Source: Eledone cirrhosa (Eukaryota). From it: a DNA stretch of 64,000 nucleotides. The notes under the pieces were generated by a model. It ran no database searches and was not told where the DNA came from. It worked only from the letters and a program-made list of their open reading frames with translations. Location: positions 55,986,001-56,050,000 of the forward strand of contig OZ024744.1 in assembly GCA_964016885.1 (NCBI GenBank), read 5' to 3'. The first letter of the stretch is position 1, and every line of letters begins with the position of its first letter. Positions 41,286 to 57,100 of the stretch are shown piece by piece. The position numbers and the translations under genes are program-made.

Positions 41286-44200
41286 TTTGGCACTGACAGC
41301 TAGGTGGACTGTGGTCTCTGACTGAACTATATTGATGTGGTACCTATTACTGACAGCTAGGTGGACTGTGGTCTGAGACTGAACTATATTGATCTGGTAC
41401 TGACAGCTAGGTAGACTGTGGTCTGAGACTGAACTATATTGATCTGGTACCTTACATTGACAGTTAGGTGGACTGTGGTCTGAGACTGAACTATATTGAT
41501 CTGGTACTAAAATGTAGGTAGACTGTGGTCTGTGACTGAACTATATTGATCTGGTACTGACAGCTAGGTAGACTGTGGTCTGAGACTGAATTATATTGAT
41601 CTGGTACCTTACATTGACAGCTAGGTAGACTGTGATCTGTGACTGAACTATATTGATCTGGTACTGACAGCTAGGTGGACTGTGGTCTGAGACTGAACTA
41701 TATTGATCTGGTACCTTACATTGACAGCTAGGTAGACTGTTGTCTGAGGCTGAACTATATTGATCTGGTACCTTACATTGACAGCTAGGTAGACTGTGGT
41801 CTGAGACTGAACTATATTGATCTGGTACCTTACATTGACAGCTAGGTGGACTGTGGTCTGTGACTGAACTATATTGATCTGTTACTGACAGCTGGACAGA
41901 CTGTGGTCTGAGACTGAACTATTTTGATGTGGTACTGACAGCTAGTTGGACTGTGGTCTGAGACTGAACTATATTGATCTGGTACTTACATTGACAGCTA
42001 GGTAGACTGTGGCCTGAGACTGAACTATATTGATCTGGTACCTTACTTTAACAGCTAGGTAGACTGTGGTCTGAGACTGAACTATATTGATCTGGTACTG
42101 ACAGCTAGGTAGACTGTGGTGTGAGACTGTACTATATTTATCTGGTACCTTACATTGACAGCTAGGTAGACTGTGGTCTGAGACTGAATTATATTGATCT
42201 GGTACAGACAGCTAGGTAGACTGTGGTGTGAGACTGTACTATATTTATCTGGTACCTTACATTGACAGCTAGGTAGACTGTGGCCTGAGACTGAACTATA
42301 TTGATCTGGTACCTTACATTGACAGATAGGTAGACTGTGGTCTGTGACTGAACTATATTGATCTGGTACTGACAGCTAGGTGGACTGTGGTCTGAGACTG
42401 AACTATATTGATCTGTTAATGTCAGCTAGCTGGACTGAGGTCTGAGACTGAACTATATTGATCTGCTACTGACAGCTAGGTGGACTGTGGTCTGAGACTG
42501 AACTATATTGATCTGGTACTGACAGCTAGGTGGACTGTGGTCTGTGACTGAACTATATTGATCTGGTACTGACAGCAAGGTGGACTGTGGTCTGAGACTG
42601 AACTATATTGATCTGGTACCTTACATTGACAGCTAGGTGGACTGTGGTCTGAGACTGAACTATATTGATCTTGTACTGACAGCTAGGTGGACTGTGGTCT
42701 CAAACTGAACTAAATTGATCTGGTACTGACATCTAGGTAGAATGTGGTCTGAGACTGAACTATATTGATCTGGTACCTTACATTGACAGCTAGGTAGACT
42801 GTGGTCTGAGACTGAAATATATTGATCTGGCAACTTACACTGACAGCTAGGTGGACTGTGGTCTGAGACTGAACTATATTGATCTGGTACCTTACATTGA
42901 CAGCTAGGTGGACTGTGGTCTGAGACTGAACTATATTGATCTGGTACCTTACATTGACAGCTAGGTGGACTGTGGTCTGAGACTGAACTATATTGATCTG
43001 GTACTGACAGCTCGGTGGACTGTGGTCTGTGACTGAACTATATTGATCTGGTACATTACATTGACAGCTAGGTGGACAGTGGTCTGAGACTGAACTATAT
43101 TGATCTGGTATCTTACATTGACAGTTAGGTGGACTGTGGTCTGAGACTGAACTATATTGATCTGGTACTGACAGCTAGGTAGACTGTTGTCTGAGATTGA
43201 ACTATATTGATCTGGTACTGACAGCTAGGTGGACTCTGGTCTCTGACTGAACTATATTGATGTGGTACCTATTACTGACAGCTAGGTGGACTGTGGTCTG
43301 AGACTGAACTATATTGATCTGGTACTGACAGCTAAGTAGACTGTGGTCTGTGACTGAACTATATTGATCTGGTACCTTACATTGACAGTTTGGTGGACTG
43401 TGGTCTGAGACTGAACTGTATTGATCTGGTACTAACAGGTAGACAGACTGTGGTCTGTGACTGAACTATATTGATCTGGTACTGACAGCTAAGTAGACTG
43501 TGGTCTGAGACTGAACTATATTGATCTGGTACCTTACATTGACCGTTAGGTGGACTGTGTTCTGAGACTGAACTATAATGATCTGGTACCTTACATTGAC
43601 AGCTAGGTAGACTGTGGTCTGAGACTGAACTATATTGATCTGGTACCCTACATTGACTGCTAGGTAGACTGTGGTCTGTGACTGAACTATATTGATCTGG
43701 TATTGACTGCTACGTAGACTGTGGTCTGGGACTCAACTATATTGATCTGGTACGCACAGCTAGGTAGACTGTGGTCTGAGACTGAACTATATTGATCTGG
43801 TATTGACTGCTAGGTAGACTGTGGTCTGGGACTGAACTATATTGATCTGGTATTGACAGCTAGGTAGACTGTGGTCTGAGACTGAACTATATTGATCAGG
43901 TATTGACAGCTAGGTAGACTCTGGTCTCTGACTGAACTATATTGATGTGGTACCTATTACTGACAGCTAGGTGGACTGTGGTCTGAGACTGAACTATATT
44001 GATCTGGTACTGACAGCTAAGTAGACTGTGGTCTAAGACTGAACTATATTGATCTGGTACATTACATTGACAGCTAGGTGGACTGTGGTCTGAGACTGAA
44101 CTATATTGATCTGGTATTGAAAGCTAGGTACACTGTGGTCTGAGACTGAACTATATTGATCTGGTACTGACAGCTAGGTGGACTGTGGTCTGAGACTGAA

Positions 44201-47200
44201 CTATATTGATCTGCTACTGACAGCCAGGTAGACTGTGGTCTGAGACTGAACTATATTGATCTGGTACATTACATTGACAGCTAGGTGGACTGTGGTCTGA
44301 GACTGAACTATATTGATCTGGTATTGACAGCTAGGTGGACTGTGGTCTGGGACTGAACTATATTGATCTGGTACTGCCAGCTAGGTAGACTGTGGTCTGA
44401 GACTGAACTACATTGATCTGGTATTGATAGCTAGGTAGACTGTGGTCTGGGACTGAACTATATTGATCTGGTACCTTACATTGACAGCTAGGTGGACTGT
44501 GGTCTGTGACTGAACTATATTGATCTGGTACTGACAGCTAGGTGGACTGTGGTCTGTGACTGAACTATATTGATCTGGTACTGATAGCTAGGTGGACTGT
44601 GGTCTGTGACTGAACTATATTGATCTGGTACTGATAGCTAGGTGGACTGTGGTCTGTGACAGAACTATATTGATCTGGTACTGACAGCTAGGTGGACTGT
44701 GGTCTGAGACTGAAGTATATTGATCTGGTACTAACAGGTAGGTAGACTGTGGTCTGTGACTGAACTATATTGATCTGGTACTGTCAGCTAGGTAGACTGT
44801 GGTCTGAGACTGAATTATATTGATCTGGTACCTTACATTGACAGCTAGGTAGACTGTGGTCTGTGACTGAACTATATTGATCTGGTACTGACAGCTAGGT
44901 GGACTGTGATCTGAGACTGAACTGTATTGATCTGGTACCTTACGTTGACAGCTAGGTAGACTGTTGTCTGAGGCTGAACTATATTGATCTGGTACCTTAC
45001 ATTGACAGCTAGGTAGACTGTGGTCTGTGACTGAACTATATTGATCTGGTACTGACAGCTAGGTGGACTGTGATCTGCGACTGAACTATATTGATCTGGT
45101 ACATTACATTGACAGCTAGGTGGACTGTGGTCTGAGACTGAACTATATTGATCTGGTATTGACAGCTAGGTGGACTGTGGTCTGGGACTGAACTATATTG
45201 ATCTGGTACTGCCAGCTAGGTAGACTGTGGTCTGAGACTGAACTATATTGATCTGGTACTGACAGCTAGGTAGACTGTGGTCTGGGACTGAACTATATTG
45301 ATCTGGTACCTTACATTGACAGCTAGGTGGACTGTGGTCTGTGACTGAACTATATTGATCTGGTACTGACAGCTAGGAAGACTGTGGTCTGTGACTGAAC
45401 TATATTGATCTGGTACTGATACCTAGGTGGACTGTGGTCTGTGACTGAACTATATTGATCTGGTACTGACAGCTAGGTAGACTGTGGTCTGAGACTGAAC
45501 TATATTGATCTGGTACTGACAGCTAGGTGGACTGTGGTCTGAGACTGAACTATATTGATCTGGTACTGACAGCCAGGTAGACTGTGGTCTGAGACTGAAC
45601 TATATTGATCTGGTACATTACATTGACAGCTAGGTGGACTGTGGTCTGAGACTGAACTATATTGATCTGGTATTGACAGCTAGTTGGACTGTGGTCTGGG
45701 ACTGAACTATATTGATCTGGTACTGCCAGCTAGGTAGACTGTGGTCTGAGACTGAACTATATTGATCTGGTACTGACAGCTAGGTAGACTGTGGTCTGGG
45801 ACTGAACTATATTGATCTGGTAACTTACATTGACAGCTAGGTGGACTGTGGTCTGTGACTGAACTATATTGATCTGGTACTGACAGCTAGGTGGACTGTG
45901 GTCTGTGACTGAACTATATTGATCTGGTACTGATACCTAGGTGGACTGTGGTCTGTGACTGAACTATATTGATCTGGTACTGACAGCTAGGTAGACTGTG
46001 GTCTGAGACTGAACTATATTGATCTGTTACTGACAGCTAGGTGGACTGTGGTCTGAGACTGAAGTATATTGATCTGGTATTGACAGCTAGGTAGACTGTG
46101 ATCTGAGACTGAACTATATTGATCTGGTACTGACAGCTAGGTGGACTGTGGTCTGAGACTGAACTATATTGATCTGGTACCTTTCATTTACAGCTAGGTA
46201 GACTGTGGTCTGAGACTGAACTATATTGATCTGGTACTGACAGCTAGGTAGACTGTGATCTGAGACTGAACTATATTGATCTGGTACTGACAGCTAGGTA
46301 GACTGTGATCTGAGACTGAACTATATTGATCTGGTACTGACAGCTAGGTAGACTGTGATCTGAGACTGAACTATATTGATCTGGTACTGACAGCTAGCTG
46401 GACTGTCGTCTGTGACTGAACTATATTGATCTGGTACTGACAGCTAGGTAGACTGTGGTCTGAGATTGAACTATATTGTTCTGGTACCTTACATTGACAG
46501 CTAGGTAGACTGTGGTCTGTGACTGAACTATATTGATCTGGTACTGACAGCTAGGTGGACTGTGGTCTGAGACTGAACTATATTGATCTGTTAATGACAG
46601 CTAGCTGGACTGTGGTCTGAGACTGAACTATATTGATCTGGTACTGACAGCTAGGTGGACTGTGGTCTGAGACTGAACTAAATTGATCTGGTACTGACAT
46701 CTAGGTAGAATGTGGTCTGAGGCTGAACTATATTGATCTGGTACCTTACATTGACAGCTAGGTAGACCGTGGTCTGAGACTGAACAATATTGATCTGGTA
46801 CTGACAGCTAGGTGGACTATGGTCTGAGACTGAACTATATTGATCTGGCACTGACAGCTAGGTGGACTATGGTCTGAGACTGAACTCTATTGATGTGGTA
46901 CCTATTACTGACAGCTAGGTGGACTGTGGTCTGAGACTGAAGTATATTGATCTGGTTCCTTACGTTGACAGCTAGGTGGACTGTGGTCTGAAATTGAACT
47001 ATATTGATCTGGTACATTACATTGACAGCTAGGTGGACTGTGGTCTGAGACTGAACTATATTGATCTTGTACTGACAGCTAGGTGGATTGTGGTCTGAGA
47101 CTGAACTATATTGATCTGGTACTGACAGCTAGGTAGACTGTGGTCTGAGATTGAACTATATTGATCTGGTACTGACAGCTAGGTGGAGTGTGGTCTGAGA

Positions 47201-50200
47201 CTGAACTATATTGATTTGGCACTGACAGCTAGGTGGACTGTGGTCTCTGACTGAACTATATTGATGTGGTACCTATTACTGACAGCTAGGTGGACTGTGG
47301 TCTGAGACTGAACTATATTGATCTGGTACTGACAGCTAGGTAGACTGTGGTCTGAGACTGAACTATATATTGATCTGGTACCTTACATTGACAGTTAGGT
47401 GGACTGTGGTGTGAGACTGAATTATATTGATCTGGTACTAAAATGTAGGTAGACTGTGGTCTGTGACTGAACTATATTGATCTGGTACTGACAGCTAGGT
47501 AGACTGTGGTCTGAGACTGAATTATATTGATCTGGTACCTTACATTGACAGCTAGGTAGACTGTGATCTGTGACTGAACTATATTGATCTGGTACTGACA
47601 GCTAGGTGGACTGTGGTCTGAGACTGAACTATATTGATCTGGTACCTTACATTGACAGCTAGGTAGACTGTTGTCTGAGGCTGAACTATATTGATCTGGT
47701 ACCTTACATTGACAGCTAGGTAGACTGTGGTCTGAGACTGAACTATATTGATCTGGTACCTTACATTGACAGCTAGGTGGACTGTGGTCTGTGACTGAAC
47801 TATATTGATCTGTTACTGACAGCTGGACAGACTGTGGTCTGAGACTGAACTATTTTGATGTGGTACTGACAGCTAGTTGGACTGTGGTCTGAGACTGAAC
47901 TATATTGATCTGGTACTTACATTGACAGCTAGGTAGACTGTGGCCTGAGACTGAACTATATTGATCTGGTACCTTACTTTAACAGCTAGGTAGACTGTGG
48001 TCTGAGACTGAACTATATTGATCTGGTACTGACAGCTAGGTAGACTGTGGTGTGAGACTGTACTATATTTATCTGGTACCTTACATTGACAGCTAGGTAG
48101 ACTGTGGTCTGAGACTGAATTATATTGATCTGGTACAGACAGCTAGGTAGACTGTGGTTTGAGACTGTACTATATTTATCTGGTACCTTACATTGACAGC
48201 TAGGTAGACTGTGGCCTGAGACTGAACTATATTGATCTGGTACCTTACATTGACAGATAGGTAGACTGTGGTCTGTGACTGAACTATATTGATCTGGTAC
48301 TGACAGCTAGGTGGACTGTGGTCTGAGACTGAACTATATTGATCTGTTAATGTCAGCTAGCTGGACTGAGGTCTGAGACTGAACTATATTGATCTGCTAC
48401 TGACAGCTAGGTGGACTGTGGTCTGAGACTGAACTATATTGATCTGGTACTGACAGCTAGGTGGACTGTGGTCTGTGACTGAACTATATTGATCTGGTAC
48501 TGACAGCAAGGTGGACTGTGGTCTGAGACTGAACTATATTGATCTGGTACCTTACATTGACAGCTAGGTGGACTGTGGTCTGAGACTGAACTATATTGAT
48601 CTTGTACTGACAGCTAGGTGGACTGTGGTCTCAAACTGAACTAAATTGATCTGGTACTGACATCTAGGTAGAATGTGGTCTGAGACTGAACTATATTGAT
48701 CTGGTACCTTACATTGACAGCTAGGTAGACTGTGGTCTGAGACTGAAATATATTGATCTGGCAACTTACACTGACAGCTAGGTGGACTGTGGTCTGAGAC
48801 TGAACTATATTGATCTGGTACCTTACATTGACAGCTAGGTGGACTGTGGTCTGAGACTGAACTATATTGATCTGGTACCTTACATTGACAGCTAGGTGGA
48901 CTGTGGTCTGAGACTGAACTATATTGATCTGGTACTGACAGCTCGGTGGACTGTGGTCTGTGACTGAACTATATTGATCTGGTACATTACATTGACAGCT
49001 AGGTGGACAGTGGTCTGAGACTGAACTATATTGATCTGGTATCTTACATTGACAGTTAGGTGGACTGTGGTCTGAGACTGAACTATATTGATCTGGTACT
49101 GACAGCTAGGTAGACTGTTGTCTGAGATTGAACTATATTGATCTGGTACTGACAGCTAGGTGGACTCTGGTCTCTGACTGAACTATATTGATGTGGTACC
49201 TATTACTGACAGCTAGGTGGACTGTGGACTGAGACTGAACTATATTGATCTGGTACTGACAGCTAAGTAGACTGTGGTCTGTGACTGAACTATATTGATC
49301 TGGTACCTTACATTGACAGTTAGGTGGACTGTGGTCTGAGACTGAACTGTATTGATCTGGTACTAACAGGTAGACAGACTGTGGTCTGTGACTGAACTAT
49401 ATTGATCTGGTACTGACAGCTAAGTAGACTGTGGTCTAAGACTGAACTATATTGATCTGGTACCTTACATTGACCGTTAGGTGGACTGTGTTCTGAGACT
49501 GAACTATAATGATCTGGTACCTTACATTGACAGCTAGGTAGACTGTGGTCTGAGACTGAACTATATTGATCTGGTACCCTACATTGACTGCTAGGTAGAC
49601 TGTGGTCTGTGACTGAACTATATTGATCTGGTATTGACTGCTACGTAGACTGTGGTCTGGGACTCAACTATATTGATCTGGTACGCACAGCTAGGTAGAC
49701 TGTGGTCTGAGACTGAACTATATTGATCTGGTATTGACTGCTAGGTAGACTGTGGTCTGGGACTGAACTATATTGATCTGGTATTGACAGCTAGGTAGAC
49801 TGTGGTCTGAGACTGAACTATATTGATCAGGTATTGACAGCTAGGTAGACTCTGGTCTCTGACTGAACTATATTGATGTGGTACCTATTACTGACAGCTA
49901 GGTGGACTGTGGTCTGAGACTGAACTATATTGATCTGGTACTGACAGCTAAGTAGACTGTGGTCTAAGACTGAACTATATTGATCTGGTACATTACATTG
50001 ACAGCTAGGTGGACTGTGGTCTGAGACTGAACTATATTGATCTGGTATTGAAAGCTAGGTACACTGTGGTCTGAGACTGAACTATATTGATCTGGTACTG
50101 ACAGCTAGGTGGACTGTGGTCTGAGACTGAACTATATTGATCTGGTACTGACAGCCAGGTAGACTGTGGTCTGAGACTGAACTATATTGATCTGGTACAT

Positions 50201-51190
50201 TACATTGACAGCTAGGTGGACTGTGGTCTGAGACTGAACTATATTGATCTGGTATTGACAGCTAGGTGGACTGTGGTCTGGGACTGAACTATATTGATCT
50301 GGTACTGCCAGCTAGGTAGACTGTGGTCTGAGACTGAACTACATTGATCTGGTATTGATAGCTAGGTAGACTGTGGTCTGGGACTGAACTATATTGATCT
50401 GGTACCTTACATTGACAGCTAGGTGGACTGTGGTCTGTGACTGAACTATATTGATCTGGTACTGACAGCTAGGTGGACTGTGGTCTGTGACTGAACTATA
50501 TTGATCTGGTACTGATAGCTAGGTGGACTGTGGTCTGTGACTGAACTATATTGATCTGGTACTGATAGCTAGGTGGACTGTGGTCTGTGACAGAACTATA
50601 TTGATCTGGTACTGACAGCTAGGTGGACTGTGGTCTGAGACTGAAGTATATTGATCTGGTACTAACAGGTAGGTAGACTGTGGTCTGTGACTGAACTATA
50701 TTGATCTGGTACTGTCAGCTAGGTAGACTGTGGTCTGAGACTGAATTATATTGATCTGGTACCTTACATTGACAGCTAGGTAGACTGTGGTCTGTGACTG
50801 AACTATATTGATCTGGTACTGACAGCTAGGTGGACTGTGATCTGAGACTGAACTGTATTGATCTGGTACCTTACGTTGACAGCTAGGTAGACTGTTGTCT
50901 GAGGCTGAACTATATTGATCTGGTACCTTACATTGACAGCTAGGTAGACTGTGGTCTGTGACTGAACTATATTGATCTGGTACTGACAGCTAGGTGGACT
51001 GTGATCTGAGACTGAACTATATTGATCTGGTACATTACATTGACAGCTAGGTGGACTGTGGTCTGAGACTGAACTATATTGATCTGGTATTGACAGCTAG
51101 GTGGACTGTGGTCTGAGACTGAACTATATTGATCTGGTACTGACAGCCAGGTAGACTGTGGTCTGAGACTGAACTATATTGATCTGGTAC

Positions 51191-54100
51191 ATTATATTGA
51201 CAGCTAGGTGGACTGTGGTCTGAGACTGAACTATATTGATCTGGTATTGACAGCTAGGTGGACTGTGGTCTGGGACTGAACTATATTGATCTGGTACTGC
51301 CAGCTAGGTAGACTGTGGTCTGAGACTGAACTATATTGATCTGGTACTGACAGCTAGGTAGACTGTGGTCTGGGACTGAACTATATTGATCTGGTACCTT
51401 ACATTGACAGCTAGGTGGACTGTGGTCTGTGACTGAACTATATTGATCTGGTACTGACAGCTAGGTGGAGTGTGGTCTGTGACTGAACTATATTGATCTG
51501 GTACTGATACCTAGGTGGACTGTGGTCTGTGACTGAACTATATTGATCTGGTACTGACAGCTAGGTAGACAGTGGTCTGAGACTGAACTATATTGATCTG
51601 GTACTGACAGCTAGGTGGACTGTGGTCTGAGACTGAACTATATTGATCTGGTACTGACAGCCAGGTAGACTGTGGTCTGAGACTGAACTATATTGATCTG
51701 GTACATTACATTGACAGCTAGGTGGACTGTGGTCTGAGACTGAACTATATTGATCTGGTATTGACAGCTAGTTGGACTGTGGTCTGGGACTGAACTATAT
51801 TGATCTGGTACTGCCAGCTAGGTAGACTGTGGTCTGAGACTGAACTATATTGATCTGGTACTGACAGCTAGGTAGACTGTGGTCTGGGACTGAACTATAT
51901 TGATCTGGTACCTTACATTGACAGCTAGGTGGACTGTGGTCTGTGACTGAACTATATTGATCTGGTACTGACAGCTAGGTGGACTGTGGTCTGTGACTGA
52001 ACTATATTGATCTGGTACTGATACCTAGGTGGACTGTGGTCTGTGACTGAACTATATTGATCTGGTACTGACAGCTAGGTAGACTGTGGTCTGAGACTGA
52101 ACTATATTGATCTGGTACTGACAGCTAGGTGGACTGTGGTCTGAGACTGAACTATATTGATCTGGTACCTTACAATGACAGCTAGGTGGACTGTGGTCTG
52201 TGACTGAACTATATTGATTTGGTACTGACAGCTAGGTAGACTGTGGTCTGAGACTGAACTATATTGATCTGGTACCTTACATTGACAGCTAGATAGACTG
52301 TGGTCTGTGCCTGAACTATATTGATCTGGTACTAACAGGTAGGTAGACTGTGGTCTGTGACTGAACTATATTGATCTGGTACTGTCAGCTAGGTAGACTG
52401 TGGTCTGAGACTGAATTATATTGATCTGGTACCTTACATTGACAGCTAGGTAGACTGTGGTCTGTGACTGAACTATATTGATCTGGTACTGTCAGCTAGG
52501 TGGACTGTGATCTGAGACTGAACTGTATTGATCTGGTACGCACAGCTAGGTAGACTGTGGTCTGAGACTTAACTATATTGATCTGGTATTGACTGCTAGG
52601 TAGACTGTGGTCTGGGACTGAACTATATTGATCTGGTATTGACAGCTAAGTAGACTGTGGTCTGAGACTGAACTATATTGATCTGGTACATTACATTGAC
52701 AGCTAGGTGGACTGTGGTCTGAGACTGAACTATATTGATCTGGTATTGACAGCTAGGTGGACTGTGGTCTGAGACTGAACTATATTGATCTGGTATTGAC
52801 AGCTAGGTGGACTGTGGTCCGAGACTGAACTATATTGATCTGATACTGACAGCCAGGTGGACTCTGGTCTGAGACTGAACTATATTGATCTGGTACATTA
52901 CATTGACAGCTAGGTAGACTATGGTCTGGGACTGAACTATATTGATCTGGTACTGACAGCTAGGTAGACTGTGGTCTGAGACTGAACTATATTGATCTGG
53001 TACTGACAGCTAGATAGACTGTGGTCTGAGACTGAACTATATTGATCTGGTACTGACAGCTAGGTGGACTGTGGTCTGAGACTGAACTATATTGATCTGG
53101 TACCTTACAATGACAGCTAGGTGGACTGTGGTCTGTGACTGAACTATATTGATCTGGTACTGACAGCTAGGTGGACTGTGGTCTGAGACTGAACTATATT
53201 GATCTGGTACCTTACATTGACAGCTAGGTAGACTGTGGTCTGTGCCTGAACTATATTGATCTGGTACTAACAGGTAGGTAGACTGTGGTCTGTGACTGAA
53301 CTATATTGATCTGGTACTGTCAGCTAGGTAGACTGTGGTCTGAGACTGAATTATATTGATCTGGTACCTTACATTGACAGCTAGGTAGACTGTGGTCTGT
53401 GACTGAACTATATTGATCTGGTACTGACAGCTAAGTAGACTGTGGTCTGAGACTGAACTATATTGATCTGGTACCTTACATTGACCGTTAGGTGGACTGT
53501 GTTCTGAGACTGAACTATAATGATCTGGTACCTTACATTGACAGCTAGGTAGACTGTGGTCTGAGACTGAACTATATTGATCTGGTACCCTACATTGACT
53601 GCTAGGTAGACTGTGGTCTGTGACTGAACTATATTGATCTGGTATTGACTGCTACGTAGACTGTGGTCTGGGACTCAACTATATTGATCTGGTACGCACA
53701 GCTAGGTAGACTGTGGTCTGAGACTGAACTATATTGATCTGGTATTGACTGCTAGGTAGACTGTGGTCTGGGACTGAACTATATTGATCTGGTATTGACA
53801 GGTAGGTAGACTGTGGTCTGAGACTGAACTATATTGATCAGGTATTGACAGCTAGGTAGACTCTGGTCTCTGACTGAACTATATTGATGTGGTACCTATT
53901 ACTGACAGCTAGGTGGACTGTGGTCTGAGACTGAACTATATTGATCTGGTACTGAGAGCTAAGTAGACTGTGGTCTAAGACTGAACTATATTGATCTGGT
54001 ACATTATATTGACAGCTAGGTGGACTGTGGTCTGAGACTGAACTATATTGATCTGGTATTGACAGCTAGGTGGACTGTGGTCTGGGACTGAACTATATTG

Positions 54101-57100
54101 ATCTGGTACTGCCAGCTAGGTAGACTGTGGTCTGAGACTGAACTATATTGATCTGGTACTGACAGCTAGGTAGACTGTGGTCTGGGACTGAACTATATTG
54201 ATCTGGTACCTTACATTGACAGCTAGGTGGACTGTGGTCTGTGACTGAACTATATTGATCTGGTACTGACAGCTAGGTGGAGTGTGGTCTGTGACTGAAC
54301 TATATTGATCTGGTACTGATACCTAGGTGGACTGTGGTCTGTGACTGAACTATATTGATCTGGTACTGACAGCTAGGTAGACAGTGGTCTGAGACTGAAC
54401 TATATTGATCTGGTACTGACAGCTAGGTGGACTGTGGTCTGAGACTGAACTATATTGATCTGGTACTGACAGCCAGGTAGACTGTGGTCTGAGACTGAAC
54501 TATATTGATCTGGTACATTACATTGACAGCTAGGTGGACTGTGGTCTGAGACTGAACTATATTGATCTGGTATTGACAGCTAGTTGGACTGTGGTCTGGG
54601 ACTGAACTATATTGATCTGGTACTGCCAGCTAGGTAGACTGTGGTCTGAGACTGAACTATATTGATCTGGTACTGACAGCTAGGTAGACTGTGGTCTGGG
54701 ACTGAACTATATTGATCTGGTACCTTACATTGACAGCTAGGTGGACTGTGGTCTGTGACTGAACTATATTGATCTGGTACTGACAGCTAGGTGGACTGTG
54801 GTCTGTGACTGAACTATATTGATCTGGTACTGATACCTAGGTGGACTGTGGTCTGTGACTGAACTATATTGATCTGGTACTGACAGCTAGGTAGACTGTG
54901 GTCTGAGACTGAACTATATTGATCTGGTACTGACAGCTAGGTGGACTGTGGTCTGAGACTGAACTATATTGATCTGGTACCTTACAATGACAGCTAGGTG
55001 GACTGTGGTCTGTGACTGAACTATATTGATTTGGTACTGACAGCTAGGTAGACTGTGGTCTGAGACTGAACTATATTGATCTGGTACCTTACATTGACAG
55101 CTAGATAGACTGTGGTCTGTGCCTGAACTATATTGATCTGGTACTAACAGGTAGGTAGACTGTGGTCTGTGACTGAACTATATTGATCTGGTACTGTCAG
55201 CTAGGTAGACTGTGGTCTGAGACTGAATTATATTGATCTGGTACCTTACATTGACAGCTAGGTAGACTGTGGTCTGTGACTGAACTATATTGATCTGGTA
55301 CTGTCAGCTAGGTGGACTGTGATCTGAGACTGAACTGTATTGATCTGGTACGCACAGCTAGGTAGACTGTGGTCTGAGACTTAACTATATTGATCTGGTA
55401 TTGACTGCTAGGTAGACTGTGGTCTGGGACTGAACTATATTGATCTGGTATTGACAGCTAAGTAGACTGTGGTCTGAGACTGAACTATATTGATCTGGTA
55501 CATTACATTGACAGCTAGGTGGACTGTGGTCTGAGACTGAACTATATTGATCTGGTATTGACAGCTAGGTGGACTGTGGTCTGAGACTGAACTATATTGA
55601 TCTGGTATTGACAGCTAGGTGGACTGTGGTCCGAGACTGAACTATATTGATCTGATACTGACAGCCAGGTGGACTCTGGTCTGAGACTGAACTATATTGA
55701 TCTGGTACATTACATTGACAGCTAGGTAGACTATGGTCTGGGACTGAACTATATTGATCTGGTACTGACAGCTAGGTAGACTGTGGTCTGAGACTGAACT
55801 ATATTGATCTGGTACTGACAGCTAGATAGACTGTGGTCTGAGACTGAACTATATTGATCTGGTACTGACAGCTAGGTGGACTGTGGTCTGAGACTGAACT
55901 ATATTGATCTGGTACCTTACAATGACAGCTAGGTGGACTGTGGTCTGTGACTGAACTATATTGATCTGGTACTGACAGCTAGGTGGACTGTGGTCTGAGA
56001 CTGAACTATATTGATCTGGTACCTTACATTGACAGCTAGGTAGACTGTGGTCTGTGCCTGAACTATATTGATCTGGTACTAACAGGTAGGTAGACTGTGG
56101 TCTGTGACTGAACTATATTGATCTGGTACTGTCAGCTAGGTAGACTGTGGTCTGAGACTGAATTATATTGATCTGGTACCTTACATTGACAGCTAGGTAG
56201 ACTGTGGTCTGTGACTGAACTATATTGATCTGGTACTGACAGCTAAGTAGACTGTGGTCTGAGACTGAACTATATTGATCTGGTACCTTACATTGACCGT
56301 TAGGTAGACTGTGGTCTGAGACTGAACTATATTGATCTGGTACCCTACATTGACTGCTAGGTAGACTGTGGTCTGTGACTGAACTATATTGATCTGGTAT
56401 TGACTGCTACGTAGACTGTGGTCTGGGACTCAACTATATTGATCTGGTACGCACAGCTAGGTAGACTGTGGTCTGAGACTGAACTATATTGATCTGGTAT
56501 TGACTGCTAGGTAGACTGTGGTCTGGGACTGAACTATATTGATCTGGTATTGACAGGTAGGTAGACTGTGGTCTGAGACTGAACTATATTGATCAGGTAT
56601 TGACAGCTAGGTAGACTCTGGTCTCTGACTGAACTATATTGATGTGGTACCTATTACTGACAGCTAGGTGGACTGTGGTCTGAGACTGAACTATATTGAT
56701 CTGGTACTGAGAGCTAAGTAGACTGTGGTCTAAGACTGAACTATATTGATCTGGTACATTACATTGACAGCTAGGTGGACTGTGGTCTGAGACTGAACTA
56801 TATTGATCTGGTATTGAAAGCTAGGTACACTGTGGTCTGAGACTGAACTATATTGATCTGGTACTGACAGCTAGGTGGACTGTGGTCTGAGACTGAACTA
56901 TATTGATCTGGTACTGACAGCCAGGTAGACTGGTCTGAGACTGAACTATATTGATCTGGTACATTACATTGACAGCTAGGTGGACTGTGGTCTGAGACTG
57001 AACTATATTGATCTGGTATTGACAGCTAGGTGGACTGTGGTCTGGGACTGAACTATATTGATCTGGTACTGCCAGCTAGGTAGACTGTGGTCTGAGACTG

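Larger units (their letters stand above)
20375..51190 (+). repeat. Domain C: ~5.3-5.9-kb higher-order repeat, five copies (one truncated) plus inserted 2597-bp blocks
   Basis: The rare marker GGACAGACTG lies at 23581, 28896, 34825, 41894 and 47825 (offsets 5315, 5929, 7069, 5931). It is followed each time by ACTATTTTGATG and a 56-bp GGTACTTACAT monomer. The identical 60-aa ORFs at 22593, 27908, 33837, 38309, 40906 and 46835 give the same offsets. Confidence 0.92.
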
